From the NCBI GenBank assembly GCA_012295275.1, contig CM022671.1, positions 3,968,001 to 4,032,000 of the forward strand: a stretch of 64,000 nucleotides of DNA, written 5' to 3'. Below are positions 40,135-54,087 of this stretch, one piece after another. This DNA is from Chrysomallon squamiferum. Lineage: Eukaryota; Animalia; Mollusca. Made by a program: the position numbers and the translations under genes. Numbering within the stretch: the stretch's first letter is position 1; each line of letters begins with the position of its first letter. The notes beneath the pieces were generated by a model. The model had not been told where the DNA came from. It ran no database searches and saw only the letters and a list, made by a program, of their open reading frames with translations.

Positions 40135-40420
40135 ATAACGTAACGTAACGTAACGTAATATATAACGTAATATAACGTATTATACTATAATCTAATATAA
40201 TAATATAATACAATACAATACAATACAATAACACATAATTTAATTTAATACAATATAATACAATACAATACAAAACAATATAATACATATAATATAATAA
40301 TAATATAATATAATATAATATAATGTAAAATAATGGTATGTAATGTAATGTAATAGTATATAATGTAATATAACAGTATGTAATGTAATATAATATAATG
40401 TAGTATAATGTAATATAAAT
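40135..40420. repeat. Pentanucleotide repeat field (AACGT/AATAC/AATAT/AATGT)
   Basis: 5-bp periodicity with a drifting unit. Confidence 0.85.
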
Positions 40421-40997
40421 AATAAGGCTATTTTCGACTCAGACTAAAATAAACCGACAGGAAATCGCTTTGTTTGATTCTAACAGCGATCAGGAATTAA
40501 TGAGATAAAACAACATCCCCCACAGGAAACATCAAAGAATGAGAGAATCCAATCCACACATATTTGTTTGGTCTCTCCGCTTACAGGAGAAAAAACACAC
40601 CAGAAATACAGAGAGGAACACCAAGTTTAAAAGTCATGTTTTAAAGGCGCTATCGTTCTGTAATGATCTTCCTATTTTTATTTTTGTTTCTTTTTGTTGT
40701 ATTTCTTCTTCTTCTATTTTAATTATCATCATTATTATTATTATTATTTATTTTTCCTCTACTTCTTTCTTTTTCTTTTTAGTCTTCTTCTACATCTTCT
40801 TCTTTCTTCTTTCTTTTCTTCTTCTTCTTCTTCATCTTCGTCTTCTTCTTCTTCTATTTTAATCATCATTATCATCATCATCATCATTATTATTTATTAT
40901 TTATTTTTCCCTCACTTCTTTCTTTTTCTTTTTAGTCTTCTTCTACGTCTTCTTCTTTCTTTCTTTCTTTCTTCCTCTTCTTCTTCTTCTTCTTCTT

Positions 40998-41056
<59 letters not shown>

Positions 41057-42260
41057 TGTTGTTCTTGTTGTCGTTATTATTCATCTAGTATCATTTATTC
41101 TTTCTTTCTTCCTTTTTTATTTGTCTTTTTATCATCATCTTTCTTTCTTTCTTTTCTTCTTTCTTTCTTTCTTTTCATTTCTTCTTACAGTTTAAACCTA
41201 GCAACCTCTTCTATCTTTTTCATTTCTTCTTCTTCTTCTTCTTCATCACATCCTTTCATCATCTTTATCATCATCATCATCTTCTTCTTCTTCTTCTTCT
41301 TCTTTTACTTTCTCTTCTCAGAATTAAGCTTAGCTTCGTCCGGAAAGCTGCTTCAAAGTAGTACAAATGCCTTCGGGACGTCTTTTCAACTGATAATCTT
41401 TTGGTCAGAAACATCCCGGTCTGGCAAAAAAAGAAAAACAGAGCCAAAAAAACAAACAAATAAACAAAACCACTTAGAGTAAGTCGCAGTCCGGGCTCTG
41501 TTTGCTTGCTTTAATCCGACAATTGGTCTTCCAAATGCAGCGAAATTGGCATAAATGTAAGCATCGTCTCTTTGCACGGTGGGGAGCCAATTTTGCGGTT
41601 GTTTCTGGGGATTGATGGCGCCCCGAACGCGCGCGCGAAGCTTACAGAATCTCTCTCCATTGCAGAGGTTAGGAGATGACATTTCAATGGCTCTCTCGCC
41701 TCGCGTGTTGAATCCCCTGGGGTGGGGGCGCGAGTCCCGGGGCTCCGCTCGACAGGCAGCCAGCGCTCGTCTAGTCAGAACGAAATGTTTTTATATTATT
41801 TTTATAATTTAGAGAAATGATATTGCTTTTCGCGTTGGCAGTGGACATAGTGATTTTTTTTTTTGTGGGGTGGGGTGGGGTGGGGTGCGTTTAAGCTTAA
41901 CCTGAAATTTTGCACAGCTCCGCCAAAATCCATCTGAACATACATACATACATACATTCATGCATAGAAACACACACATACATACATACATACATCATAT
42001 TAATAATACAGGGTTATGTGGGTGTACGTGTGTTTGTGTAAGGACATTATAATAACAATAATGATAATGATGATGATGATGATGGTGGTGGTGAAGATAA
42101 TTATGAACAATGAGAGGTCCATCCCCTCAACACACCCACTAGACCCGCCCCTGGATAAAGCCTAGCTAAAGAGACATGTCAGATACACAGATTACAATTA
42201 TCAGATATTATTAGTAATTAATGACTCGCACAAATAACTTAAAGCCCAACTCTTCACACG

Positions 42261-42274
42261 CCGCTAGATGGTAG
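42261..42274 (+). promoter_or_regulatory. CTCF-like motif
   Basis: CCGCTAGATGGTAG, a near match to the CTCF core (GGT in place of GGC). Confidence 0.38.
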
Positions 42275-43529
42275 ATACAACAAAATATTAATCGTCTAAT
42301 TTAAACACTTGTTTTTTTGTGTGTACGTAACCGTGATTATTTGTGTGCCAGTCTGTCTCACTGTATATCTGTCTGTCTGTCTGATTGTCTGTATGGATGT
42401 TGATATTGTTATGAAATTTCTAAGATCAGATTTCAGCATTCCGTGTTTTGTTTCAGTGTAATTAACATCTGTTATATTTGTTTGTAACTGTTAGTTTTAC
42501 AAAGCATGAATATTTTACAAAAGAGAAAACTTTGAAAGAAACATATATATAACTTTAATACAAAGAAATGCATCAATGAAAATATATTTTTAACAAATTT
42601 TCATAAAAATGGTGTTTGTATAGAACTACATTATCTATATAACTTTATTTTAAAAACCGCAGAACAAAAACCATTTTCATCTACGTGAATGGTTTATATC
42701 ATCAAATTTATCGTGATATTCATATCGCCGCTGTTGCAGCAGCTATCATTATCGTAGATGTTACTTTTCTGACGTTGTCGTAGATGCTGCTTCATAGACG
42801 AAAATTTTTTTTTTTTTTTTTTTTTTTTGGCGTAAGAATTTCAAGAATCTGAATAAAAAAAACACGGGCTAACTTTTTGCGCAACGACGATATCACAAAG
42901 ACGTTTAATATCAGAAACGAAGTCGAGATTAAAATAAAAATAAAAAATAAGTAATATCTCTCAAATCAGCGAGCTTTTTTTTTTTTCCATTCATCATCTC
43001 GCGCGTTATCTTCCTTAATTAAAATATATGACGCAGTTGCGACGGCTTCACCTGATACAGCAAAACGACGGTTTGCCGTCGTTCCTGCAGCATGAGAGAG
43101 AACGTCGCCGTTGGACGTCCCCTATCAGACGTCGCATCGCACCGCGCACGACGGCCGTAACCAGCACGAGGTCGTCGAAGTTACGCCGATTTGGGAGCGT
43201 TATCTTGTTGCCGTTCTTTTTATGCAGCGTGCACGGGTGCCCGGTATGAGACGTTGTAACTTCAAAAGCTGTGCTTGGAGGGGAAAAACAGAAGACTGTT
43301 GTGAGGCTGTAATCTTGGGATGCCAGGAGTCCTGAGTACAAAGTCATCATAATTCAGCCGATTCTATTAATCATTATCATAACGGCTCCGTGTGTGTGTG
43401 GGTTTTTTTTTTTTTTTTTTTTTTTTTTGCACGTTTCATAATTTTTTTGCTACACGAGTTTTTGTGATGTTTTTTGTCTATCTCCGATCATCTCCCTTTT
43501 TTTATTTATCTCGCTGTCAATCTGTAGAC

Positions 43530-43569
43530 CTCTCTCTCTCTCTGTCGTTTCTGTTTGTACCTCTCTCTT

Positions 43570-43640
<71 letters not shown>

Positions 43641-43650
43641 TTTCTGTTTG

Positions 43651-43728
<78 letters not shown>

Positions 43729-43746
43729 TCTCTCTCTCTCACTCTT

Positions 43747-43799
<53 letters not shown>

Positions 43800-43817
43800 C
43801 TCTCTCTCTCTCTCTTG

Positions 43818-43883
<66 letters not shown>

Positions 43884-43900
43884 CTCTCTCTCTCTCTCTC

Positions 43901-43980
<80 letters not shown>
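43530..43980. repeat. Compound (CT)n/(CA)n microsatellite with an internal duplication
   Basis: Directly visible; CTGTCGTTTCTGTTTGTACCTC is present twice. Confidence 0.95.
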
Positions 43981-43982
<2 letters not shown>

Positions 43983-44284
43983 TGTCTCTACCTTCCTAAC
44001 TTTCATTCACTTTCCATCGTTTTCTGTTTCTCTTTTATTCTCTTTAGTTTAGTTTCAGTATCTTTATATTTCCATCCCTCTTTCTTTATCTGAATGAGTG
44101 TGTATATTAGAATGTTCTTTACCCTTTACATATAACTAACTATATATCATCATGACTGCTTTTGACGATTATAAAATTATTTTTGTTTATCTTGTTGTAT
44201 CGTTACCTTGGTGTTACTTGGTATTGCGTGTCATTATCTGATTTATCATAATTATCCGTCTTACTGACAGTCATTACCAAACTG

Positions 44285-44461
44285 ATCATTATCATTATCA
44301 ACACTTACTGATAATCATTATCTACAACATCATTATCATTATCAACACTTTTACTGGCATTCATTATCTACTATATCATTATCGTTGTCAACACTTACAA
44401 TCAATCATTATCTAGTCTATTATTATCATTATCAACACTACACTAGTATTATTCCTTATCT
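44285..44461. repeat. About 44-46 bp minisatellite, 4 copies
   Basis: ATCATTATCATTATCAACACTT-like units start at 44285, 44329, 44375 and 44419. Confidence 0.8.
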
Positions 44462-44796
44462 TTAGCAGTTCTGCTACAACTAGCTATTATCGGTATGCAC
44501 TATGTTATCAAAATCTAAGTTTGTGTTAGTTTTAATTTAGATTGGGAAATGTTTATATATATTTTTTATATATATATATTAATATTACTAATACTAGGAT
44601 GTCCTCGGTACATTATATCGAGAATTAGACTTAAAATTCCATCAAATGTAAATAAAACAAGTGTAAACAGTATAATAATCTGAATGTCAATTTGTATTCC
44701 TTGAGAAAGAAAGTCAAGTATTAAAGGCGTCATCTTTATGTAAAAATCTTGATCTTTATTGTTCGTTTGATCTTTATTGTTCTTGTTGTTGTTCTT

Positions 44797-44827
<31 letters not shown>

Positions 44828-46000
44828 TTATTATTATTATTATTATTATCTTCATCATCATCATCAACAATTTTTCTTCTTCTCCCCTATTTCTTTTTCT
44901 TCGTCGTCATCGTTATCATCATCATCAACATCATATTATTGTTGTTGGTGGTGGTGCTGTTGTTGTTATGGTTGTTGTTGTTGTTGTTGTTGTTGTTGTT
45001 ATGATTATTATTATTACTTACCGTTCTTTTTGACTGGATGGTTAAAAGCCATGCTATGTGTAGTTCTGTTTGAATGAAGCTGTATTCAAAAGATTCCTTG
45101 CTGCTAGCTGAAAAAACTGGTTCATAGTCATAGCTATGAACTGGGTTTCAAAATAACTGATATATAAAAACACAAATTTTGATTTTTGATGACTCATTAC
45201 CATCAATGTCAAAGCATACTGCGATTTTATTAAAAACACATTTACTTATTTATTATTTCATTTTATCAAATACTTTTTTAATCCATAAATGGATTTTTTT
45301 AACACTTATTGAAATTAAATTAAAATTTTATTTATTTCTGCTTTGCTGGGTGTTATTTTTAATTAAATAATTAATCTGGGTTTCCTGTCTGATTTACTTC
45401 CACGTAAATTATGAAAGTATCTTTTCCAGTTCGTTTCATTTTTTTTTTTTTTCTCTTTTTTTTTTTATTCGAAAATTAGATTGCTTTCAAAGATCAAATT
45501 CGTTTTTTTTTTTTATCACTCAGTAATTTTTGCTACAGAAAAGCTTAATTTAGCTTAGATAATAAATTCGATTCTCATTTTTTTAATTTTATTTTTTTTC
45601 ACTATAAGTTACGGTTAAAATTTCATGGAAGTAACAGCTCTTCTTTTGAAAAAGTAAAAAGTTAATTAAAATAAATCTTGTCCTTTGCGCACAAAAACAC
45701 GCAAAAAAAAAAAAAAAAAATGACACAGAATTCCGCGCGCGTGCTCCGCGGCGTCACGTGCACCGGAGAACCAGACATCGAGTCGGAAATCACGTGACTC
45801 GCACTGTTTTTTTTGTTTTGTTTTTTAACGTAGCAGCTGCAACAATGGCTGCCAATACCTGCGACGAAAGAGCTCTGTAAAGGGAGATTATTGCCACCGG
45901 TCACGGAAAAAGTAAATATTTAATGATGAGAATATCTTGGGGTCCCATCGCTGTTTCATTTACACACTTTCTTCACAATCCGGGTCATTCTGCGCGTGCC

Positions 46001-46033
<33 letters not shown>

Positions 46034-48194
46034 AGACATTCATTACAAACATTCCGACTATGTCTCATGTCCGAGATAGAAATCAAAATTTTTTTTTTTT
46101 TTTTTTTTTTTCCAATAGCTCTACGATTGTTTTGATTTTTTTTTTAATAATAATGTAATAATAATAACAATAATAAGATAAGAGTTTTGAAAATTATATT
46201 CTCACCCCCAAAAGAGTATTTTGTGTGTGATGCGTGAGTATAACACTTTATAATGCTTGAATGTTGATTATTTATTCATGCGACATGCTATGATGCCTAC
46301 TCCTACGAGATTTGAGAGAACAAAATACAAATTCAGATTTATATCCCGTTCTGACCTTTGGTCAACGAAAGCGGAAGATTAATCATATGATTAAATTAAG
46401 AAAGGTAATTTCCACAAGTTATTAATAAAAATGAAATATGATGCGTTGTTGTCGTTATTAAAATCTGAATTTTTGATTATTTCCTTGAATTATTTAATAT
46501 TTGTGGCTTTATTAGTAACATTAATGAATATTGTTTTTTTTTTAGAAAAAAAAAATTGTGTGTCTTTGAAACAAACCAAAAAAAAAACCTAAAGATTTTA
46601 TAAATTTTATGTTAAAAATGTGTATTTTTATTCTTTTTTGGTTTTATTTACATTTTATTTAACTTATGAGTAACAATGAAAGGAATAAAATATTATATCC
46701 GAGAATTATTTAAATACCAACAGTAATGATAAATATTCATAAAGACAACAAAAATGTGTATTATTTTTGTTTTAAATAGCAAATAAATACTGGGTAACTT
46801 TTACTTTATTTGAGTTACTAAATTATGAATATATGTAGAATGAATGTAAAACATTAGGTTTGTTTTAATTTATTTAAATTTAGCTGAAATAATTAATATT
46901 CATCCTATATTAACAAAACATTATCATTCATTTGGTTTTATTTAAAGGAGTGAAAAAGAAAGAAAATGCATTAAAGAAATGTACCATCGTATTTATTTAA
47001 AATTGAGTGAAATGATGAATATGAATGAAGGTAACTTAATATTACAGTTCAGTTATACACAAACATCACAAAAACACTGAATATTCATTGAATAAATTTT
47101 AACATCAATAGACTGTTACCCTTTTTTTCTAAATTATTACTGTATTAAGTTTCTTTCCTTTTAATTTTTTTTCATATTATTTTATTATTTTAATTTTTAC
47201 TTTTATTAATGTTTTATTTGTTACTGTAGGTTATTGATGAACAGCAATTAATCGGGATTTTCTTGTTTTAGACTTGTCATTACAAATTCATTTATTAATT
47301 TATTTAGCGCTATCTATCTTTTAGTACTTGTTTTTCTCTCACCTCTTCCTTTCATTTATATTAGTACTTGATTTTTTCCCCTTTTCATTCATATTTATCC
47401 ATCTGTCCAGACATTTGTCCATCTGTGAATCTTTATCGTTATCTCGATCAATCTATATGTCTGTCGCATATCTGTCTTTCTGTCTATCTTTAATCTGTCT
47501 ATCCCTTTCTTACCTAACTTTAATTCTTTCAATTTTGCTGTATATTTTCTGTCACTGTTTCGATCTTCAGTTTTTTTTTTCACTGTCTCAACGATCTTTA
47601 AGACAAAAATCTGTGACAAAAACCAAGAAAACCAAGCTGAAGATAAGGCAAAAACAGTCACCTGAAATTAATCTCTGATTTTTCCTGTTAACCTCTATGA
47701 AATTTACATCTTGTCATTTTCTCACGGAGAAGATGTTGATTGCGTATCCCAGGAATCAAATTATTATCCACGTAATGAAATTTCACTGTCGCCATAAATA
47801 AAATAAGAAATAAAAGGCCAAGATTCATTAATTATTTCAATTAGCGACACCTTACTTTTGAGGCATTAATTACGGGAAAGTGATTCTGTAAATTTTCCCA
47901 CACAAGGTGACACCCACTCTGATATCAATCAATTTCACCGTCTCCAGTGGATAGCACCAGCAGACCACGTGACATGAAATTGATGTTCTCTACGTCACTG
48001 GTTCTGGCGCTTTCGCGTCAGAAAATGAATGAACGATTGCGTGAAATTAACAGATGGTTGCTCGTTTTCTTTTGTTTACTTCTGTTTTTCAGTCTTTTTT
48101 TTTTTTTTTTTTTTTTTGATTTCTGTAGTACAGTAATATTAACGCTACAGATATTACTAACACCAGTACGGTTTATTACATCTTCAGTTTTTAC

Positions 48195-48292
48195 TACAAC
48201 AACAACTACTACTACCGCTACTACTATTACAGCTACTACTACTACTACTACTATTATTACAGCTACTACTATTACTACAGCTACTATTACAG

Positions 48293-48325
<33 letters not shown>

Positions 48326-48832
48326 TTACAGCTACTACTACTACTACTACTATTACTGCCGCTACTACTATTACTATTAACTATGATTACTACTATAACT
48401 ACTACTATTAGTACTGCTATTATTACTGCTACTGCTAGTAGTACTACAACTACTACATCTGCATATTATTACTATTACTACTAATAGTAGTTTAAACTAC
48501 AACTACTGTTAAGAGTATTATTACAATAACTATTACTACTACTTTCGTTATTACTATTACTATTTTTAATACTGTTATTTATATTAATACACTACTATTG
48601 ACATTGCTATCAGTTATATCATTACGATCAGCAGCACAATCAAGATTACAACTACAAGTTTATTAATACCACTGCTACTACAACGGTTAATATCGGTATT
48701 ACTACTACAACTACGTCTTTTGATAATATCATTAACACAACGACTACGACGACTAATATTAGAACTTATAGTAGTCCTACTATTTCTACTGGTTCTCTCA
48801 GTAATAATAATAATAATAATAATAAATAATAA

Positions 48833-48900
<68 letters not shown>

Positions 48901-48990
48901 ATAGTAATATTATTAATAATAATAATAATAATAACAACAAAAACAATAAAAATAATAATAACAACAACAGTAATAATAATAATAATAATA
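48195..48990. repeat. (ACT)n / (AGT)n / (AAT)n trinucleotide repeat field
   Basis: Directly visible; source of poly-Thr/Ser/Asn ORFs. Confidence 0.9.
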
Positions 48991-49635
48991 AATGAATGAA
49001 TGAATGAATGAATAAAATAAAATAAAATATAATAAAATAAAATAATGATTGATTATTTATTTTTTCTATTCTATTTTATTGCTAAACAATTAAAGGGAGG
49101 TGAATAACGCTCCCAAACCCTGAATCCGGATAAATAAACACTGTAACTTCTGTTTAGGCGTTAAATAAAGACTTTCATTGTAACAACATTCACTAACTTC
49201 AGCATCTGGTGACAGTTTTATACGCCTGTAAAATAGTCATGTTTGCTCACCAGAGAGTTATGACGTCATCGAGTTTACATAAAACACATCCATAAAACAG
49301 CCTCGTTTGCTCATTAGGGAGAAAAATATAAATAGCAAGGTGTTATGACGTCATAAAGTTTCTGTTAAATGCTCCCATTAACTAGACACGCTTCCACTTG
49401 TGGGAGTAATTATGACAGTAAGACAGTATGACGTAATACGTTTTTATTAATTACGTATATAATAAAACAGAGGTAGTAACGCATAGGGGAGTAATTATAA
49501 CAATTAGCTACTGTGACATTATCAAGAATTTCAGTTAACCAAATGTTGGGTCATAATATACGTTTGTGTACTGTTAAGTTATATATATTTAATTATGTGT
49601 ATATCTATCTATCTATCTATCTAAATCTTTTTCTT

Positions 49636-49738
<103 letters not shown>

Positions 49739-49743
49739 AAAGA

Positions 49744-49775
<32 letters not shown>

Positions 49776-50992
49776 GCTTTGTTATGGGAGTTTACAGTTT
49801 TAAATTATTCCATCTTGGCTTGGTTGTGTTGCAAGCAAATAAATAAAAAAAGTAAAACTGCATTTTGAAAACAAAGCACGGATATATATATAGCTGTTGA
49901 CAATATATTTATGCATTTACAAACACACACACACACTCATTAACGTAAGCAAAAATACATATTCCTTCTATTCATTTACATTGTTAATCAGTTTCACTGA
50001 GATTTAACATCATCCTGCGATACCTCAAAATCCATTCTCGGAAATTACGCACCAGCTGGTCAACTGTTGTTAATACACTAAAATAATTATATCTAATATC
50101 CATAGAGATTTTTTAATTTTTTTTTTTTTTTTTTTTTTCGTCAACTCTTTGTAACATATCGTCAGATTTAAGGATATCGTGAATACGAAGAGACAAAATC
50201 ACTGACCAACTCCCTTTAATTTCATTAAATATGAAATTAGTATCATGCTGATTTGGTTTCCCACCGTTCGCCTTTAAAATTTCATGATGTTATACTTATT
50301 AATAATGAACGTGTAGGTTACTGGGTTCTCATCTCGAATTTGGCAACTCTTTGTTATAGGAGGAGTTGGTCTGGTCGTTATTGTGTTTTTTCCGATACAG
50401 CTATTAATCTTTGTTCTGTTCTGATGTAGTCGTTGTTGTCGTTGTCGTTGTTATTATAATGTTTATATATGTTTGTATTTCATTCTACAGAAAGTAACGA
50501 AAACTTTTTTTTTCAGTTTTTGTAAATGATGTAACGGCAGGTTCTTAATTTTCGTCTTTCAACAACAGTTATAGTCCTATAGATTATTATTAGATCAGTT
50601 ATGGTCTAGTTATTTGTTCTCAGTCTATTATGTGTAATATTACTATTTTACTGTATACAATGATACTATTCTTTCCTTAGCCCATGATTTCCTTGACTTT
50701 TAATATTACAATGTTTTAAGGGTGTTAAACATACATTTATTCAGTTGTTTGTTCGTTCGTTCGTTCGTTTATTCTTTCATTCATTCATTTGCATACTTAT
50801 CCAATATTCTATTTTATTTATTTATTTATTTATTTATTTATATTAAGGCGAATCAACTGTACTTATGATGATCTCTGACATTTGCAATTTCGACGGAAAA
50901 AAGGTTTCGAAATAACATCACAAAGAGAATATCTTGAAGAAACAGGAACATAAATATCACATCGTTAAATGAGTACAGCTTTCTTTCTGTCC

Positions 50993-51097
<105 letters not shown>

Positions 51098-52062
51098 GCC
51101 TGCTCAAACACTTCTTTGATGCAACTGTTCTGACAAGGGTTTTTAATAATAATTACCCACGTACTCAGAGAGAAAGACTCTCTTACACATTGCACACCAA
51201 ACGACCAACGAACGAAGCAACTAATGTAATTATTTATCACGCTGCTCTGTCTTCTCTAACTTCACATTTTCGCGAATAGATCAATGTCTACATGATCGGC
51301 GAAGTCGCAGAAACAACAACTCGGATGATTTGTACACTCTTAAACCGTCTGGCCTCGGATCTGGGCAAAAACCGCAGCTCGTAAAAAGCAATAAATTCTC
51401 CCCATTGCCGCCGCCACTCGCGTAGGCTCGACTAATCCATAAACTGGCGAGAGCCGTGATTGTTTAGTGACCATTATGGCCGGCTAAATTGGCGGGAGAC
51501 AGATTGGCGGGGTAGGGGTAACTCAATCGGATTCCCTGCGAGTGAGGTTCGTAGGACGAACCGAAAAGAGACGGGGGGAAAAAGCTGAGAAAGTTCTTCG
51601 TCTTGTTGATATACGTCTGAGTGGTCGGGGTAAGACAGTGCCGACCTGCAAAAAGAGACGAATTCCTGTGGTTTAACAGATGATGGAGAGGTGAAAAGAA
51701 AGTACTGGTTTTGTAGAAGAAGAAGAAGAAGAAGAAGAAGAAGAAGAAGAAGAAGAAGAAGAAGAAAGGAGAAGAAAGGAGAAGAAGGGATAGTCTGGTA
51801 GTTAATTGAAGTAGTGCTGCTATGGTTGTAGTAACAGGTGTAACAAAAGTACTGCATGTTGAAGTAGTGGTACCTGTAATAGCAGAAACTATGGTAATGG
51901 TTCATTCTAGTAGTAGTTCTAGTGGCAGAACTTGTAATCGTAATGGTTGTAGTAATAATAGCATTAACAGTATTGTCAATGTTAATATTAAAAATAATAA
52001 GAGCTAAAAGACTGGTGCTTTTCTAAACATAGAAACGTATATTCAAGAAAACTTCGACTTTC

Positions 52063-52117
<55 letters not shown>

Positions 52118-52249
52118 TCATCATCATCATCATCATCATTATTATTATTATGTTGCTGTTCTTGTTGTTGGTTTGCTGTTGTTGTCGTTGTTGTTGATGA
52201 TGTCGATATCGATGCTTATATTTTGTTTCTTATATCCAAAACATTCCTG

Positions 52250-52314
<65 letters not shown>

Positions 52315-53374
52315 CCAAAAGCGCGCGCTATATCGTCATCTTCCCCGCGACCCCAGCTCAACAAATTGTTTTCTTTGCTATCGGTTACAAAACGGTATTT
52401 TCATAACGGCGAGTCGCTTCGTGGATTGTTTACCAAAACACGGTTTACATCCCGGCGGGTTGCTAGATTAACATTGGTTCAGCGAGAAACTTGATCGAGT
52501 TCTCAACCTCAAGCTCCCAAAGGGCTATTTTTCCACTGGGTTTTCTTTTTTATTTTTTCCCACTCGTTCAAAGCAGTCCAGGGCGAGACAAATGGACATT
52601 TTTAACATGTTAAATCTGTCCCGACTATATTTCGAAATTGACTCCGGTGCTGTTTATAAATGGTCTATTTCACTTCTTTTTTTTTTTCCCCTTTCATGTC
52701 GGTCATTATATGGATACATTTCTTTGTAACTATTTGTTGAATTTTTTTTAATACTTTCATGATGATGATGATGATGATGATGATGGTAATGATAGTCGTG
52801 GTGGTGGTGATGATGATGATGTTGATGGCGCTAGAGGTTGTGGTAATCGTCAAGTTTTATATCTTAAATATTTTACATTTAATTTTCTTATACAAAATGA
52901 ACGCGTTGATCAATTTAAAATTAAATTATAGACATTACAAAGGGCATATAAGCCGAGAGAAAGAACGAAAAAGAGACAAAGAAGGATGGGCCAGAGAAAC
53001 AGTAAAATCGAAAAATTACAGCGTTCTAAAACAGAAGATAAATTAATCTATCAGTTCTCGATACCATAACTTAATTAAAACATCCGAAAAAGCAATGGAA
53101 ATTAAAATGCACCAAGGGTTAAAATAAGAGTATTGTTGTACCGGTGTTTGAAGGAACACAATGCGTTTCTTTGTGCCGTGTGCTGTGTTTATAATACTCA
53201 TTATGAAGCTATGAGCTGTCAGATTAGAGATGGTGTAGTTTTCACTCCGTGTTTACAAAATGAAGCTGATCTTAACTTATCTACGTCCCAGCGTGTGTGT
53301 CAGTTCCATTACACACACTCAGCCTCACGTACTTTTCTTACAGTCGTCTTATCTGTGAAAGTGTCTGCTTGTAC

Positions 53375-53571
<197 letters not shown>

Positions 53572-54054
53572 TCTATCTAACTAGCTATCTCAGTATCTAC
53601 CTCTCTTTCTTTATCACACATATACAAGCACTAATCTTCTTTCTTTCTTACTCTCTTTTCTACTTTCTCTCACTCTTTCTCTTTCGGTCATTATTCGTTT
53701 CTTTCTCTCACTCCGTTTTTCTCCATCTTTCACCTTCTCTTCCTCTTTCTTTCACTTATTCTTTCTCTCATTCTCTCACTCTCTTTCCTTCCCTTTGTCT
53801 CAGATGTTTTACCTACTTTAATTTATATCTATGTATTTATTTATATACGATTTTCAACCTATCAGTTACCTTTTTATTATTTTAGTTCACACAGAATATT
53901 CAAATGAAAAGAAAAAAAAAAAAAAGAAAGAAGAAAAAAACTACACAAAAATAAACAGTTTTAAAAATCAACTCAACTCTAACAACATTTTACCATTCAA
54001 GACTTATTATTCTCAATAAAACTACAAATCTTAAAAAAAAAAAATTAAATCTGA

Positions 54055-54087
<33 letters not shown>

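Noticed and set aside
43028-43350. Three overlapping non-repetitive ORFs in a CpG island
   Set aside because: No recognisable domain or clear splice sites; open frames are expected in locally GC-rich DNA. BLASTX would be decisive.
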